64,000 nucleotides of DNA from Candidatus Altimarinota bacterium (GTDB taxonomy: Bacteria > Patescibacteriota > Gracilibacteria > UBA1369): positions 476,482 to 540,481 of the forward strand of contig OY782391.1 of NCBI GenBank assembly GCA_963677745.1. The letters run 5' to 3'. A program made the position numbers and the translations under genes. The notes under the pieces are model-generated. The model worked only from the letters and a program-made list of their open reading frames with translations, was not told the origin of the DNA and ran no database searches. Below are positions 62,914 through 64,000 of the stretch, piece by piece. Numbering within the stretch: position 1 is the first letter of the stretch; every line of letters begins with the position of its first letter.

Positions 62914-64000
62914 TGGATGTCCTTAAAATAATTTCCTGTCCCTCAACTAGACCCTTCTTGATCTCCACGTTCCCCTGTAAATCCCTGATACCGGTTTCCA
63001 CGTCTATATTCTTTACCTTTTCGCCCTGCAGAATCCTCACATATTTTCTGGTACCGTCCGTCTGTATTGCTTTTTCCGGGACAGTCACCACTCCCAGTGC
63101 TTTCTGCAGTACAATCTCAACATTGGCTGTCATACCGGGTTTGATTCTCTCATCCACACTTTCTATAACCACTTCCGTTTTATAGAAAACCACATCCTGA
63201 ATTATTGTTTCCACGGGATCAATCTTAACTATCGTACCGTCAAACGGGAACTCTTCCCCAACCGCATCCAGGGTTATCTTGGCCTTATCACCAACCTTCA
63301 GTTTATTGATATCGACCTCGGCAATTTCCGCATTAATCTTGAATTTCTTGGAAGAGATCATCTCAAAAGCCCCTTGTATGCCGGTAGTCATGGCATTGGA
63401 AGACAAAACATCTTCACCAACTTCAATATTTTTCCTGGACAAAGTCCCGTCCCAGGGAGCCCTCAACAAGGTTTTTTCCACAGCCTCCTCGGCCAGCGCC
63501 ACCGCAATCTGATTTGCGGTTACCTGCGCACGCAGAAAAGCCACGTCCACCGCCCGCGGTCCAACCCGCCTCTGTTGCAAACCTGCCTTGGCGGCATCTA
63601 TCTCCGCCAGCTGAATCTGATATTGTGCCTGAAGGCTGAGAATCTCTGACTGGCGTGCATTCAAGTCCACCTGATGGTCAATTCTGGTTCTCTCCAGATT
63701 CTGCAATTGTTGATCGTAATAATTTTTGGCCGAAGCCAGCTCGGATTCACGGGCATCCCCGGTCGTAATTTTCCCCAGTTTGGCATCCAGAATAACCTGA
63801 TACTTATAACTCAGGCCGGCCAGGCTTGTGGACAAATTATTGCTGTCATTCAAAACTTTGGTTTTAAGTTCGGTTATTTCCGTATCAACCAGAGACGAAG
63901 AGGCGGGCAAAACCGACAAGGCGTCCACCGTCATTTTCTGCGACTGAAGAAGTTTTGCAATAATTGTTTGCTCCTGGATCGCGAATTCTTCCAACTTGGC
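62903..64000 (-). CDS. HlyD/MacA-type periplasmic adaptor subunit (5' end beyond the window)
   Basis: A coiled-coil hairpin region is followed by beta-barrel and lipoyl-like motifs (V.E.D..K.K.G....I..DA, V..I.P). The reading frame is still open at 64000. Its stop overlaps the ATPase start by 11 nt. Confidence 0.8.
   Translation of the reverse strand, partial: AKLEEFAIQEQTIIAKLLQSQKMTVDALSVLPASSSLVDTEITELKTKVLNDSNNLSTSLAGLSYKYQVILDAKLGKITTGDARESELASAKNYYDQQLQNLERTRIDHQVDLNARQSEILSLQAQYQIQLAEIDAAKAGLQQRRVGPRAVDVAFLRAQVTANQIAVALAEEAVEKTLLRAPWDGTLSRKNIEVGEDVLSSNAMTTGIQGAFEMISSKKFKINAEIAEVDINKLKVGDKAKITLDAVGEEFPFDGTIVKIDPVETIIQDVVFYKTEVVIESVDERIKPGMTANVEIVLQKALGVVTVPEKAIQTDGTRKYVRILQGEKVKNIDVETGIRDLQGNVEIKKGLVEGQEIILRTSNGR

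Noticed and set aside
1-64000. An alternative genetic code with UGA recoded, as in some CPR lineages.
   Set aside because: TGA terminates conserved genes at their normal C-termini (rplO at 4224-4226, rsmA at 16166-16168). All conserved genes are intact under code 11.

Overview
This 64-kb chromosomal fragment reads like a small-genome bacterium of the Patescibacteria/CPR type. That assignment is an inference from four things: a spc-alpha ribosomal operon with no room for an L30 gene, a split transketolase with non-oxidative pentose-phosphate genes, SLH-anchored and pilin-like surface proteins, and many orphan ORFs with almost no biosynthesis. The genetic code is standard; TGA ends rplO, rsmA and others. 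Layout: 1-11.4 kb holds rplN to rpsI, including an unlisted rpmJ. 11.5-34.9 kb holds housekeeping and envelope genes: trmD, a P-type ATPase, rsmA, an HrpA-like helicase, a hexokinase-family kinase, an SLH protein, an exonuclease-DinG fusion, LemA/DUF2207 and uvrB. 35.03-39.56 kb is the standout: an island of about 63% G+C in a genome of roughly 40-50% G+C. It carries one giant (about 1300 aa) secreted Cys/Asp-rich repeat protein with near-identical internal DNA duplications, a translationally coupled upstream ORF and hairpin-rich untranslated regions. 39.6-64 kb holds a second SLH/Ig-like surface protein, DUF4112, PEBP, an ABC exporter, tRNA-Arg(GCG), a pilin-like lipoprotein, rpe/rpiB/split tkt, lepB, and a second small high-GC islet (52.5-53.15 kb) with an orphan ORF. 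It continues with ndk, an unusual pyrD, an M16 peptidase, a PBP2-type transpeptidase and a LolCDE/MacAB-like transporter with an adaptor truncated at the window end. I saw no rRNA, CRISPR array, integrase or transposase. All calls come from reading the translations and DNA by eye. GC values are spot counts of single 60-nt lines, not computed statistics. Promoters and terminators are motif-level candidates only.
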